Shown piece by piece: positions 36,000 to 55,879 of a stretch of DNA of 64,000 nt. This stretch comes from the human T2T-CHM13v2.0 reference genome, Homo sapiens. The notes beneath the pieces were generated by a model, which ran no database searches, was not told the origin of the DNA, and saw only the letters and a program-made list of their open reading frames with translations. Every line of letters begins with the position of its first letter. The first letter of the stretch is position 1. Position numbers and translations under genes: made by a program. The stretch is from assembly GCF_009914755.1 (NCBI RefSeq), contig NC_060947.1. The stretch is one strand, 5' to 3'.

Positions 36000-36945
36000 A
36001 TTACACTTAAACCAAACTGAGAATAAGATTAGTAGTTACGGTACAAGTTTGAAATTTTATGTCACATATATGAGGTCTTGGGTCTCCAATGATTTGCCCT
36101 TTACTCACATAGAGAACACTGGACATTCTTACTGTTCCACGGAATCTTATCTGCAGGCCGAAGTCAGTTAATTATTATCTTGTATGGTTCACATCTTGTT
36201 TACTGCAAATACCTCACAAATCTATCTTATCATGCCCTCTTTACAAATTGGGATTGGCAGAAATGCGGATAAATATCCTCATTCTGAGTGAACACACTAT
36301 GGCTGTCTAGTTGAACAAATGATCCTTGTAGCCAGTTTGAACAAGGTGCCATCTCTCTGAGGTATGCTAACGTTCTGATATAATAATATTTTTGGATAAG
36401 AAAAATTTCAAATCAAACTGACAAACTTGCTTTTTTTTTTTCACTCTTGTTGCTCAGGCTGGAGTGCAATGGTGCGATCTTGGCTCACTGTAACCTCCGC
36501 CTACAAGGTTCAAGTTATTTTCCTGCCTCAGCCTCCTGAGTAGCTGGGATTACAGGCATGTGCCACCACGCCTAGCTAATTTTTGTATTTTTAGTAGAGA
36601 CGGGGTTTCTCCATGTTGGTCAGGCTGGTCTCAAACTCCCTACTTCAGGTGATTAGCCTGCCTTGGCCTCCCAAAGTGCTGGGATTACAGGCGCGAGCCA
36701 CTGTGCCCAGTCCGGAATTGCTTTTTTTTTTGAGAATAAAATTTTGAAAGCTGGAAAAAGAATTTCCAATATATGCTACAACTTGCAGAGGAAACAGATA
36801 TGGTTGTGGTGCAAGCAGTAGCCATGGGTCCAGACCCCTTTATCATCCTTATCAAACTTCCCCAGTCACTCAGATTCTTTTCTGAATTCTATGATGAGCA
36901 CTGCACTCAAGAGGAGCACTGTGTTAATTAGCAATGGATCTTAAT
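36000..36945 (-). pseudogene. Candidate highly decayed trypsin-family (S1A) serine-protease domain, interrupted by an AluSp
   Basis: Minus-strand translation with frameshifts gives, in order: LLINTVLLLSA/AH, RI*V-LGKFDKDDK, LHHNH (~LHPNY), VVA/ILEI (~DIAILKL), YIR/VSIPQRD (~YIHPVCLPDRE), LVQTGYK..FN* (~LLQAGYKG..GW), FLPIPICKE, SACR*DS/G (~ACxGDSGG), *VKG, ICD, WFK. Read by eye; no alignment was run. Confidence 0.5.
36431..36712 (-). mobile_element. AluSp
   Basis: Sp diagnostics TTCACTCTTGTTGC, TGCAATGG and TTTCTCCATGTTGGTCAGG. Flanked by a TTGCTTTTTTTT-type TSD (about 36427 and about 36718). Confidence 0.95.
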
Positions 36946-38233
36946 TGTAGGAGGAGTCAGAAAGCACCTTATTTGTGGCTATAAGACAGACAGACAGACT
37001 GTCCACTAAATGATGAAAGTGGTGAGGAGAAAAATGAAATCAGATATATAGTTTATTACTTTATAATGTATGATTTAGTTACAGTGGCATAACTTCAGCT
37101 AACAGCGTAAAAATAAATGTTGTCCTCCGGTTTGCCCTAGATTCAATAATTAGAATACATTTAACAATTGTACCTGTAATGTAAAACATTGCATTTTTTG
37201 CCTTTATACTTGGCCAAACTAGAGATATTTCATTTTCAGTTGACACTGACAGAATAAGGTTAATAAGTTACATAAATAGGACAAAGATATAAAATTCGTA
37301 GAGGATTATGAAACATCACAGAAAATTGAATATTAATTTGAAACGTTATTTGATATGGTGTTTTGATGTCATCACAGCAGCTACGTGGCACTTAGAATCT
37401 GTGCATCTGGGGGAGGGAGAGCGCGCTGATTGTGGAACTTACCATTGGAACTCAGTGCTGCCCTGTCCCAACAGAAAGCAACACCAGGCAGAACTCACAT
37501 TGTGTCCACAGAGAAAGCAATTAAACCAGCTCTAGAAATCATCAATCCCAGCAGTAGGAACCTAAGTTCCAGCAAGCCTCTCACCATGGGATAAAATCCT
37601 CTGGAACCCTAAACAAACTGGAAAGGCAGTCTAGGAAATAATAATTGCAATTCTTGGGCAAGTCCTGGTTCTGTGCTTGGCTCAGAGCCAGTGGACTTGA
37701 GGGGAATATGACCTAGTGGGACACCTCTTGGGTTGCCAAGGTAGTGCTTGTTCCACCCCCTCCTTAATCCCAGGAAGCACAAATAGCAGCTCCAGGAGAA
37801 ACTCCTTCCCTCTGCTTGAGGGGAGAGGGAAGAGTAAAGAGGACTTTGTCTTGCAACTTGGATACCAGTTCAGCCACAGTAGGACAGGGCAGCAAGCAGA
37901 GTCCTGAGGCACCTGCCTCAGGCCAAAGGGGAGTCCACTGCCTTGAATGGAGAATTCCAGGCCTGGCAGCATTCATCACAAGCTGAAGGTAGAGCCTTTG
38001 GGCCTTTTTGGTGCCAGCTCAGCTGCAGTAGAAAGAGCACTGGCTAGATTCCTAAGATTTCTGACTGTAGAACCTGGCTCCCTGATGGCATCTCTGGACC
38101 TGACTGGGGCTGCGGGGAACTTGCCAAACTGAATGGAAAGACACAAACCTGGCTGGCTCTGCCAACTTCTGATTGCAGAGGCCTAGGACCTTGTGTGAAC
38201 AAGGCAGTGGTTACCCGAGGCCTTGAGCGAGAC

Positions 38234-38305
38234 CAAGTACCATGCTGGCTTCAGGTCTGACCCATCACACAAGTACCATGCTGGCTTCAGGTGTGACCCA
38301 TCACA
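38234..38305 (+). repeat. 36-bp tandem duplication
   Basis: CAAGTACCATGCTGGCTTCAGGT(C/G)TGACCCATCACA x2. Confidence 0.95.
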
Positions 38306-38370
38306 GTCCCAGTGGTGCGGACCACAGTAGTGCTTGTGTCACCCCTCATCCAGCTCCAGGTGGCTAATCA

Positions 38371-38423
38371 CAGAGGGAGAAAGAAAGAGAGAAAGAGAGA
38401 AAGAGAGAGAGAGAGAGAGAGAC

Positions 38424-38458
<35 letters not shown>
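38371..38458 (+). repeat. (GA)n microsatellite
   Basis: GAGA/GAAA/GACA run visible directly. Confidence 0.97.
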
Positions 38459-41358
38459 CTCTATTTATTTGGGAGAAAGTAAGGGAAGAGAACAAGAGTC
38501 CATGCCTGGTAATCCAAAGAATTCTTCTGAATCTTATCTAAGACTACTGAGGCAATACCTCTTCAAGTCTGTAAGAGCCACAGCTTAACTGGGCTTGTGG
38601 GGCCTCCTAATGTAGATATGGCTGCAGAAAACAAAAGCTTAGATAACAACACCCAAGTCCCTTTGAATACCTGAAAAGCCTTCCCAAGATGGATGGGTAC
38701 AAACAAGCCCAGACTGTAAAGAGTACAATAAATACTTAACTCTTTAATGTCCAGACACTGATGAACATCCATAAGACCATCCAGGAAAACATGACCTCAC
38801 CAAATGAACTAAACAAAGGACCAGAAACTAATCCTGGAGAGACAGAGATAGGTTACCTTTCAGACTGAGATTTCAAAATAGCTGTTTTGAAGATTCTCAA
38901 CTAAATCCAAGATAAAATAGAGAAGAAATTAAGAATCCTAATAGATAAGTTTAACAGAGATTAAAATAATTAAAAAGAATTAAGCAGAATTTTGAGATGA
39001 AAAAATGCAATTGACATACTGAAGAATATGTCAGAGTCTCTCACCAGCAGAACTGACCAAGGAGAAAGAAGAATTTAGTGAGCTTCAAGATAGGCTATTT
39101 GAAAATATAGTCAGGGGAGACAAAAAAAGAATGAAGCACACCTATGAGATCTAGAAAATAGCCTCAAAAAAGCACTTCTAAGAGTTATTGGCCTTAAAGA
39201 GGTCATTGAGAAAGAGATAGGGGTAGAAAGTTTACACAAATAGATAATAAGAGATAACTTCCCCAAACTAGAGAAAGATATTAATATACAAGTGCAAAAA
39301 GGTTATAGGACACCAAGCAGATTTAATGCAAAGAAGACTACATCAAGGCATTTAATAATCAAACTCCCAAAAATCAAGGATAAAAAAAATGATATTAAAA
39401 GCAGCAAGATAAAAGAAACAAGTAATATACAAAAACAAGTAATATACAATGCAGCTCCAATACGTCTGGCAGTAGACTTTTCAGTGGAAACCTTATAGGC
39501 CAAGAGAGAGTGGCATGCCATATGTAATGTGCTGAAGAAAAACAAAAAAACAAAAAACCTTTTTATCCAAAAGTATTTTATCCACTGAGAATATCCATGA
39601 AACATGAAGGAGAAATACTGTCCCAGCCATAGAAAGTAGAAGGATTTCATTAACACCAAGTTTGTCCTACAAGAAATGCTAAAGAGTTTTTCATTCTGAA
39701 AGAGAACAAAATTAATGCGCAATCAGAAATCATCTCACAGTGTAAAAATTACTGGTAATAGTAATTACTGGTAATAGTAAGTGCACAGAAAAATACAGAA
39801 TATTATAACACTGTAATTATGGCATGTAAACTACTTACATCTTAGTAGAAAGACTAAAAAATCAAAATAATAAAAACTTTTCAAGAGAGATAGTACAACA
39901 AAATATAAATGGAAACAACACAAAGTTAACAAGTGGAAGAAAAAAGTTAAAGGGTAGAGTTTTTATTAATTTTCTTTTTTCTGGTTTGCTTGTTTGTTGA
40001 GGCAATCAGTGTTGAGTTGTCATCAGTTTTAAGTAACAGGTTGTAAGACACTATTACCATGAGGTAACCTCAAATTAAAAAACATACGGTATATTAAAAA
40101 ATAGAGCAAGAAATTAAAATAAATCACCAAAGAAAATCACCTTCACTAAAGAAAGACAGGAAGGAAGGAAGGAAAGAAGGTAAAGAAGACCACAAAACAA
40201 CCAGGAAACAAATAACAAAATGGTAAGAGTAAGTCCTTACTTGTCAAAAATCTTAAATGTAAATGTGCTCACCTCTCCAATGAGAATACATAGAGTGGCT
40301 AAATGGATAAATAAACAAGACCCAATGATCCCTTGCCTACAAGAAACACACTTTACATATAAAAAACACACAGAGACTGAAAATAAAGGGATGAAAAAAT
40401 ATTCCATGGAAATGGAAACCAAAAAAGAGCACAAATTGCCATACTTAAGAAGAAAAAACTATAAGAGACAAAGAAGGTCACTCTACAATGAGAAAAGGGT
40501 CAATTAACTCAGTAAGAGAATATAAGAATTATAAATATACATGCACCCAACACAGGAGCACCTGGTTATATAAAGAAAATATTATTACGCCTAAAGAGAG
40601 ATAGACTCCAATACAATAGCTGGAGATTTCAACAGCTTATTTTCAGCATTCTGTCATAAAGACAGAAAATCAAAGAAACATTGGACTTAATCTGCACTAC
40701 AGACTAAATGGACATAATAGATATTTATAGAACATTGGATTTGTGGGCACAGAAAACACATTCTTCTTCTCAGCAGATGTAACATTCTCATGGCTAGAAC
40801 ATAGGTTGCAAAACAATTCTTAAAGAATTAAAAAAATTGAAATTATATGAAATATCTTCTCTGATCAACATGAAATAAAACCAGAAATCAATACCAAGAG
40901 GAATTCTGGAAACTATAAAAACACATGGAAATTAAACAATATGTTCCTGAGTGACTGGTGGGTCAATGAATAAATTAAGAAGAAAAATGAACAATTTCTT
41001 AAAACCAGTGATAATGATAACACAAGATATCAAAACGTATGGGATACAGTGAAAACAATACAAAGAAGAAAATATATAGCTATAAGTGCCTATACCAAAA
41101 AAGTAGAAAAACTGTAAATAACCTAATGAGGTGTCTTAAAGAACTAGGAAAGCAAGAACAATGAAAACTCAAAATTAATAGAAGAAAAAAAGAAATAATA
41201 AGGACCAGAGCAGAAATATAATTGAAATGAATAAAAGATCAATGAAATGAAAATTGGATTCTAGAAAAGATAAACAAAATTGACAAACCTTTACCCAGAC
41301 CCAGAAAAAGAGAGAGAAGGTCCAAATAAATAAAATCAGTGATGAAAAAAAGACATTA

Positions 41359-47514
<6,156 letters not shown>

Positions 47515-50495
47515 GAAAAAAAGACATTAAAATTGATACTGCAGAAATCAAAGAATTATTAGATGTCCCTATGAACAACTATACACCAATAAATTGGAAA
47601 ACCCAGAAGAAATGGATGAATTCCAAAATGCTTATAACCTACCACGACTGAACCATGAAGAAATCCAAAATGTAAGCTGATCACTAAGAAGTAACAAGAT
47701 AGAAGCCAAAATAAATAGTCTCTCAGCAAAGAAAAGTCCAGGACCTGATGGCTTCACTGTTCAATTTTACCAAACACTTAAAGAGCTAATACCAATCCTA
47801 CTCAAACTGTTCTGAAACAATGAGGAGTGAATACTTCCAAACTTTCTATGAGACCAGTAGTACCCTGCTACCAAAACCAGAAAAAGACACATCAAAGAAA
47901 GAAAACCACATGCTAATATATGATAAACATTATTGCAAAAATCCTCAACAAAATACTAGCATATCAAATTCAGCAACATATTAAAAACATTATTCATCAT
48001 GACCAGGTGAGATTTATCCCAGGGCTGGAAGGATGGATCCACATATGCTAATCAATCATTGTGTTACATCATATGAACAGAATGAAGGGAAAAAAATGAT
48101 CATTTCAATTGATGCAGAAAAAACATTTGACAAAATTCAACATCCCTTCAAGATAAAAACTCTCAAAAAATAAGCATAGAAGGAACATACCTCAAGACAA
48201 TAAAAGCCATAAATGACAGACTGATAGCTAGTATCATACTGCATGGGGAAAAACTGAAAGCCTTTCCTCTAAATTCTGGAACATGAGTATGCCAAATTTC
48301 ACCACTCTTATTCAACATAATACTGAAAGTCCTAACTATAAGAATCAGAAAAAAGAAAGAGATAAAGGGTGTCCAAGTTGAAAAGAAATAAGTCAAATCA
48401 CCCTCCTTTGCGAATAATATGATCTTGTATTTGGCAAAACCTAAAGACTCAGCAGAAAATTATAGGAACTAATAAACAAATTCAGTAAAGTTCAAGAATA
48501 CAACATTAACATAGAAAAATCAGTAACATCTCCATATGCAAACAGTGAACAATGTGAAAAAGAAACCAAGAAAGTAACACAATGTAAAACAGCTACAAAT
48601 AAAATTTAAAACATTGAAATAAACTTAACTGAAGAAGTCAAAGATTTCTACAATGAAAACTATGAAACTTTGATGAAAGAAGTGAAGAGTATACAGAAAA
48701 GGAAATATATTCAATGTCCATGGATTGACAGTATCAATATTGTTAAAATGTCTACACTACCAGAAGCCATCTATAGATTCAATGTAATCCCTATCAAAAT
48801 ACCAATGACATTCTTCACAGAAATAGAAAAAACAACCCTAAAATGTATATGGAAACACCAAAAACTCAGAATATTAAAAACTGTTCTGAGCAAAAAGAAC
48901 CAAACTGAAGGAATCACGTTACCTGATTTCAAATTATACTACAGAGCCATATAACCAAAACAGCATGGTAATGACATAAGAACAGACACATAAATTAATG
49001 GAACAGAACACAGGACCTGGAAACAAATCCAGACATCTGCAGTGAACTCAATTTCAACAAAGGTGCCAAGAACACATGTTATGGAAAGAACAGTCTGCTC
49101 AATAAATGTCACTGGCAAAACTGTGCAGAAGGATGAAACTTGATTCCTATCTCTCACCATATGCAAAAATCAAATGAATATGTATTAAATACTTAAATCG
49201 AAGACCTCATACTATGAAACTACTAAAAGAAAACATTGGAGAAACTATCCAGTACATTGGAATAGGCAAAGATTTCTTGAGTAATACCCTGTAAGCACAG
49301 GCACCCAAACCAAAAGCGGACAAATGGGATCATGTTAAAATTAAAAAGCTTCTGCAGAGCAAAGGAAACAAAGAGCAAAGTGAAGAGACAATCCAGGTTG
49401 GGAAAAAAAAAAGTTTGCAATCTCTCCACATGACAAGGGATTAATAATTAAAATATCTAAGGTGCTCAAACAACTCTATTGGGAAAAATCTAATAATCTC
49501 ATTAAAAAATGGGCAAAAGATCTGAATTTTTCAAAAGAAGACATACAAATGGTAAGGAGGTATATGAAAAGTTCCTCATCATAAATGCTTATCAGAGAAA
49601 TGCAAATCAAAACTACAATGAGATATTACCTTACCCCAGTTAAAATGGCTTATAGCCAAAAGACAGGTAATAACAAATGCTGGTGAGGATGTGGAGAACA
49701 GGGAACCCTCGTACACTGTTGGTGGGAATATAAATTGGTACAGTACTATGGAGAACAATTTGGAGTTTTCTCAAAATACTAAAAACAGAGCTACCATATG
49801 ATCCGTCAATCCTGTTATAAGGTATATACCCCAAAGAATGGGAGTCAGTATACTGAAAAAATACCTGCACTCTCATGCTTATTGTACCATTTTTCACAAT
49901 AGCCAATATTTGAAAGCAATCTACATGTCCATCAACAGATGAATATATAAAGAAAATGTGGTAAATATACACAATGGAGCACTATTCAGCCATAAAAAGA
50001 TTGAGATTCTGTCCTTTGCAATAACTTAGATGGAACTGGACATCATTATGTTAAGTGAAATAAGCCAGGCAGAGAAAGACAAAATTCTTATGTTCTCACT
50101 TACTTGTAGGAGCTAAAAATTAAAACAATTGAACTCATGGAGCTAGAGACTAAAACAATGGTTACCACAGGCCAAAAAGAATAGTGCAGTGGAAAGTTAA
50201 TGGTTACAAAAATAAAGCTAGATAAAATGAGTAAGATCTAGTATTGGATGTCACAACATGGTAACTACAGTCTTCAATAATTTCTTATACATTTTAAAAG
50301 AACTAAAAGATTATAACTGGATTGTTTGTAACACAAAGAAAATATAAATGCTTAAATGATTCATATCCCATTTACCCTGATGTGATTATTAGGAAGTGTT
50401 TGCTTGTATCAAAATATCTCATGTTCTGCAGAAATATATTCACCTACTAAGTACACACAAACATAAAAAAATTTAAAAAATAAAATAAAAATAAC

Positions 50496-51396
50496 AGTAA
50501 ATAAAAAATGGGACAAGGACCTGAAGAGACATTTCTCAAATGAAGAAATATAAATGGCCAACTTGCATATGGAAAAAATGTTCTAAATCACTAGTCCGCA
50601 GAGAAGTGCAAATTAAAACCACAATGACATATGACCTCGCATTTTTTAGAGTGCCTTTTATCAAAAAGGTAAAAGAATTGTTGACAAGGATGTGGAGAAA
50701 AAAGAACCCCTGCACACTGTTGGTGGAGATGTAAATTAGTACAGCCATTATGGAAATCAGTATGGAGGTTCCTCAATAAATTAAAAATAAAACTACTTCA
50801 TGATCCAGAAGTCTCACTTCTGGGTATATCCAAAGGAAATGAAATCAGTATTTCAAAAGGATGTCTGTACTCCCATGTTCATTGCAGCATTATTCATAAT
50901 AGCCAAGACATGTAATCAATCTAAGTATCTATTGATGAATAAAGGAAGAATATATTATATATATTAGAATGCATTTTATATTTATATATATGTATACACA
51001 CACACACACACACACAGTGGAATACTCTTCAGTCTTAAAAAGAGGGAAATTTTGTCTTTTGCAATAACATGGATCAACCTAGATAACATTAGGTAAAGTG
51101 AAATAAGGCAGGCACAGAAAGACAAATACTGCATTATCTTATTTGTATGTGGAATCCAAAAGAGTTGAATGCATATAGGTAGTGAGTAGAATGATGGTTA
51201 CCTGAGACTTGGAGTGGTTACTAGGACTGGGTGTTGGGGGAATTTTTTCAAAGGATACAAAATTTCAACTAGATAGGGAGAATAAGTTTAAGAGATCTAT
51301 TATATAAAGTGGTTAATATAGCTTTAATGTTTTGAAAATTGTTAAAACAGTAGATTTTCAGTGTTCTCACCAAAAAAATAAGTAGGATATATATAT

Positions 51397-51450
<54 letters not shown>

Positions 51451-51548
51451 TGCTTAATTGAGCCATTCCACTATGTACACATATTTCAAGAGTTCATATT
51501 GTATACTATAAATATATTCAATTTTTATTTGTCAATGAAAAAACAAAA
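50496..51548 (+). mobile_element. Separate L1MA (about L1MA7-9) 3' fragment
   Basis: ORF2 C-terminal remnant (50540..50734) plus a 3'UTR ..CAAAGGATACAAAATTTCA..TAGATAGG..GAATAAGTT.AAGAGATCTATT.. ending TTTTTATTTGTCAAT. Contains (TA)n/(CA)n at about 50950-51016 and 51388-51446. Confidence 0.88.
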
Positions 51549-51949
51549 ACTTCATAAATTTATGAGCTGCTATGGAGGTAAAGGTCTTAGAAAATTTTTA
51601 AAAAAGAGATTGGGTAAAATTTTCTTGCTCTAGCTGCAAGAGCATGGCTTTAGGTGTAAAGAGCTGGGAGAAGTACTCTCAATTAGTGAAGAGAAAATGT
51701 GAGGTAACTAATGTTTATTTCCATCTTTTACTAAATACTTTAAACAAGGATACACTTCCAATTACATAACAGCTAAACTTGTTATTTACATAATAAATTT
51801 TTAAAAACGTAAAAATTTACATTATTACATAATAGCTAAATAGATAATAGCTAAATTTTTTGTACCAAAATGTGTTTTATAATTCACCTTTTGAGGAACT
51901 TTATTCTTATCTATATCCAGGATACACTGTGAGGTATCCTCAAAAATAA

Positions 51950-52267
<318 letters not shown>

Positions 52268-52822
52268 TAAAAATTATTTTTTAAAAAACTGCAGCTAATT
52301 TAACATCCTTACTCTTTATTCTCATTATATTTTCCTCTTTCTCTATCACAAATTATTACATATATTGACACAATGTTAAATTTTTTTCTTCTCCTTTCTT
52401 AACTTAGTGCCTTTTTGTAAAGACAAATTGAAGTTGGAGAGAGAGTAGGACTCTTCAGATTAGATAACAGTATTACAGTATTCACACAACTTAGGTTTAG
52501 ATACCTTTTATTACACATAAACTGTTATGCTTGTATTTTTGATTAATTTTAAAATGTGGTAAAAAGTAGGAAAAATCACTGATAATCTTTACATATTCAA
52601 GATATTTAAGATTGAAAATATTTAGAAGAATAAATTTTGTTTTCAAAGAGATTAAATAAGCCTAAAATAATATATTTTACAGAATTTTTGAGGAATTATA
52701 TTTATATTTGTAAAAGATTTTAATAGTAAGCTATAGTTAGATAATATATTTCGACAGTAAAGCCACTTTCAAAGAATATCTCAGAGACGCTGGCGTAATT
52801 TAAATAGTAACTAAAAGGGCTA

Positions 52823-53318
52823 TGTATTACTTTTCTATGGCTGCTCTAACAATTTATCACAAACTCAGTGACTTAAACAATGCACATTTTTTCTCCTACA
52901 GTTTTGAAGGTTAGAAGTCTGAAATCAGCTTCACTGGGGGGAAATCAAAATGTAGGCAGAACCACACTTTCCCTAGAGGGTTTAGGGGATAAAAGACTTT
53001 GCCTTTGCAGCTTCTAGAGCTGCATTCCTTGCATTCCTTAGCTAGAGACTCCTTCCTTTGTCTTCAAAGCCAGCAAAATAGCATCTTGCTTCACTGGTAA
53101 CACACTGTCTTCTGTCTCAAATCTGCCTCTGCCTTCTTCTTATAAGGACACTTATAATTTCATTCAGGGCCCACCCAGATAATTCGGAATAATCTCACCA
53201 ACTCAAGATCCTTTAATTAATCACATCTGCAAGGTCTCAGTTACCTTATAAGGTAACATGCACGGATTCCAGGGATTAGGACCTGGATATCTTTGGAGTC
53301 ATTATTTGTCCTACCACA
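52823..53318 (-). mobile_element. MLT1 (MLT1C-like) MaLR solo LTR
   Basis: TGTATTAC.TTTCTATGGCTGCT.TAACAA.TTATCACAAACT.AGTG.CTTAAACAA..CCTACCACA, with TSD GGCTA/AGCTA. Confidence 0.9.
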
Positions 53319-53498
53319 AGCTAAAATCAATTTCTGAAATTCATGTAAAATCTGTTGAAGGCACAGCACATCTCTGAATATAAATGGTTATTTTAATAGT
53401 CTTCTAAAATTTTCTTTTAAACACCAATAATTGCAATCTGCTTATTTTTCATGTAGAAAAATATTTTTTTCTCCTAAAATTTGCATTTGAATGATACC

Positions 53499-53796
53499 TT
53501 TTTTTTTGAGAGAGAGGGGCGAGTCTTACTCTGTCACCTGAGCTGGAGATCAGTGGCTCCATCTTGGCTCCCTGCAACTTCCGCCTACATGGTTCAAGTG
53601 ATTCTCCTGCCTCAGACCCCCACATAGCTGGGATTACAGGCACGTGCCACCACACCCGGCTAATTTTTGTATTTTTAGTAGAGATAGGGTTTCACTCTGT
53701 TGGCCAGGCTGGTCTTGAACTCCTGACTTCAGGTAATTCACCAGCCTCAGCCTCCCAAAGTGCTGGGATTACAGGTGTGAACCACCACGCCCAGCC
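53499..53796 (-). mobile_element. AluSx-like element
   Basis: Poly(T) followed by a full Alu reverse complement, with a degenerate TSD TGAA.G.TAC.TTTT. Confidence 0.95.
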
Positions 53797-54154
53797 TGAA
53801 AGGTACTTTTACACATGTTAAAATCCACAGCTAATTACTCTGTAAATATTTAATATTAAATTGTGACTACCAATTTTAAAAACAAGATAGAAAAAGTTGA
53901 AATCATGCATCACATACAAGAAATGAATCCTTACTCTCACAGCCCTTCCACAACTGATGTCAGACTCTTACGTTAGTTTCTTTTTTCTTCCCCTTGATAA
54001 TTTTCTCTAATCTCCTTTACTATTTAAATTTTCTCAAAACCCACTTCACTCTAATGCCATTATTCCTGTAGATGTTTGTCCTCTGACTACCTCTCCATTA
54101 TTACTTCCTTTCCTACTTTTTTCATACCTTGCTTTATCCTCATGGAAAACATGT

Positions 54155-54330
54155 AAATCATTTCAACAAACACTGATTGGGCCCTAACTTTATGCAACTG
54201 CCTATCCTAGGGACTTCTTAGGCATAGTAAGGAATAAGAAGTAGCCCTTAAAAGGCTCATGCTATCTCAGAAAGGGAATAAGACAGGTGGAGTCAAAGAC
54301 TAGAGCAAGCTCTATATAATGCAGGCAAAC
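54155..54330 (-). mobile_element. L2 3'-end fragment
   Basis: TCATTTCAACAAACACTGATTGGGCCC..TATGCAA..TATCCTAGG..GCCCTTAAAAGGCTCA resembles the reverse complement of the L2 3' end. Confidence 0.55.
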
Positions 54331-54962
54331 TCTGGAAGATGTATGATCCTATTGGGAGGATTATGCTTAATTTCAATGTTCATAATCAAATAATTTGTCA
54401 GGAGTGGGAATGGAGAGAAATAAAACACAGTAACACCAAGCGTCACTATTCTTTGCATGAACCCTGCCCACCATCTGCTCATCAATATGCTTCTGCCTAC
54501 AGAAGAAAAGTTAACACTTTTGTAGAAGAATACGAGCTCTTTCAAATTATCAGACTCAGAGAGGCATTAAAGTAAGACAATAATCACATCCTACTCCCCC
54601 CTTTTGAGCCATTTATTCAACTATTAAAACTGCTTGGTAGCTATGAAGTAGCTATGAATTAACCTAATAATGTGGCACTGGACACTATATCCCATACCCT
54701 ATAGCTTAACAATGTATAGCCAATCACTAATCAATGTTATTTTTGTAAACCAGTGAGAATTCCTGACAAACAACTTTGTATCAGCCAACTCCCTGTGCCT
54801 CTTCTTTGCCTTTAGAAATCTGCTCGTAACAAAGGCCCAATGGAGCTCCTATCCTAGGTTACTTGGCTCTGAGTTTTCCCAGCAGCTGCCCTTACTTTGT
54901 CTGAAATAAAGTCTTTCAATCATATTTTGTCCTTCACTCTCCTTCTTTTAGGGTGACATATC

Positions 54963-54980
54963 TGGTGCTGTGAGCAGAAT
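54963..54980 (+). promoter_or_regulatory. Primer-binding site, tRNA-Ser(CGA) type
   Basis: TGGTGCTGTGAGCAGAAT versus the complement of the tRNA-Ser(CGA) 3' end TGGCGCTGTGAGCAGGAT (16/18, tRNA sequence recalled). It lies 4 nt after the LTR's terminal CA. Confidence 0.75.
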
Positions 54981-55879
54981 TCAGACACCTCTGACCATCT
55001 GACATTCCTCCTTGACTCAGCATTTGGTCAGCTCTGAACCTCTTGATTTATTTTGACTCTTTGAGAAAGTATTGAATGTGAAGTGTTGAGGCCTACTGAA
55101 ATCTGGTCCTTCCCACTTTTTGGTTGAAGGTCTAGACTCTGCTTGAGGTGTTTTTTTCCAAACCTCACTTTCCAAACCTCAAAATTGAGGTTTTCCATCT
55201 TTACCCTAAAGGTAAGGTATTTGGGTTACAAGCAAAACAAAAACAAAACTGACTCTTCTGCCTCTGGCTCATGATAGGAGGTCTGGGTCACAGTCAGGCA
55301 AACAGCTCCCCAGAGAACTTCAGCCTTTTCTACCTCTGTCCCACGGAAGTAAGGTCTGGGTCAAGGTATTGGAAATTAGGCACTGGTGGTTTCATTTTAA
55401 TAGCATGCTTTTTAATATTGCAGCAGTTGCTTAGAAATGCAGACCTACCTTTTCATTTGTGACAAATTCCTGTTAGTTCCTAATGGAAAAATGCAGAGGG
55501 TGAGTTCTCTTGCCCCAAGGAAAAGAGGAGATTTGCTTCCTCTGGCCCATTTGGGTGCTGCAGGTGACTGAAGACTACACCAAGGTGTCAGGGTCATTAA
55601 CCATGACGCAACATGAAGTAGCCTCATGGGGCCCTCCCCCCCAGAAGAACATCTTTATGAACTCCCTTTTCTGCTCTTCCATTAGGATATAATATGAGGG
55701 ACTGGTCCCCTATATGTTGAGTACCCTGCTGCCACCCAGCAGTTAGAAACAGACTAGGATACATAAGAAAGCTATTCATGACTCTTGGGTGACATCTAGA
55801 GGAGTGATGTTCATAAGAAGCATACTTCAAACACAAAACATATTCATGACCTTGGTAACTTTTGAAAAGCTCCTAAATT

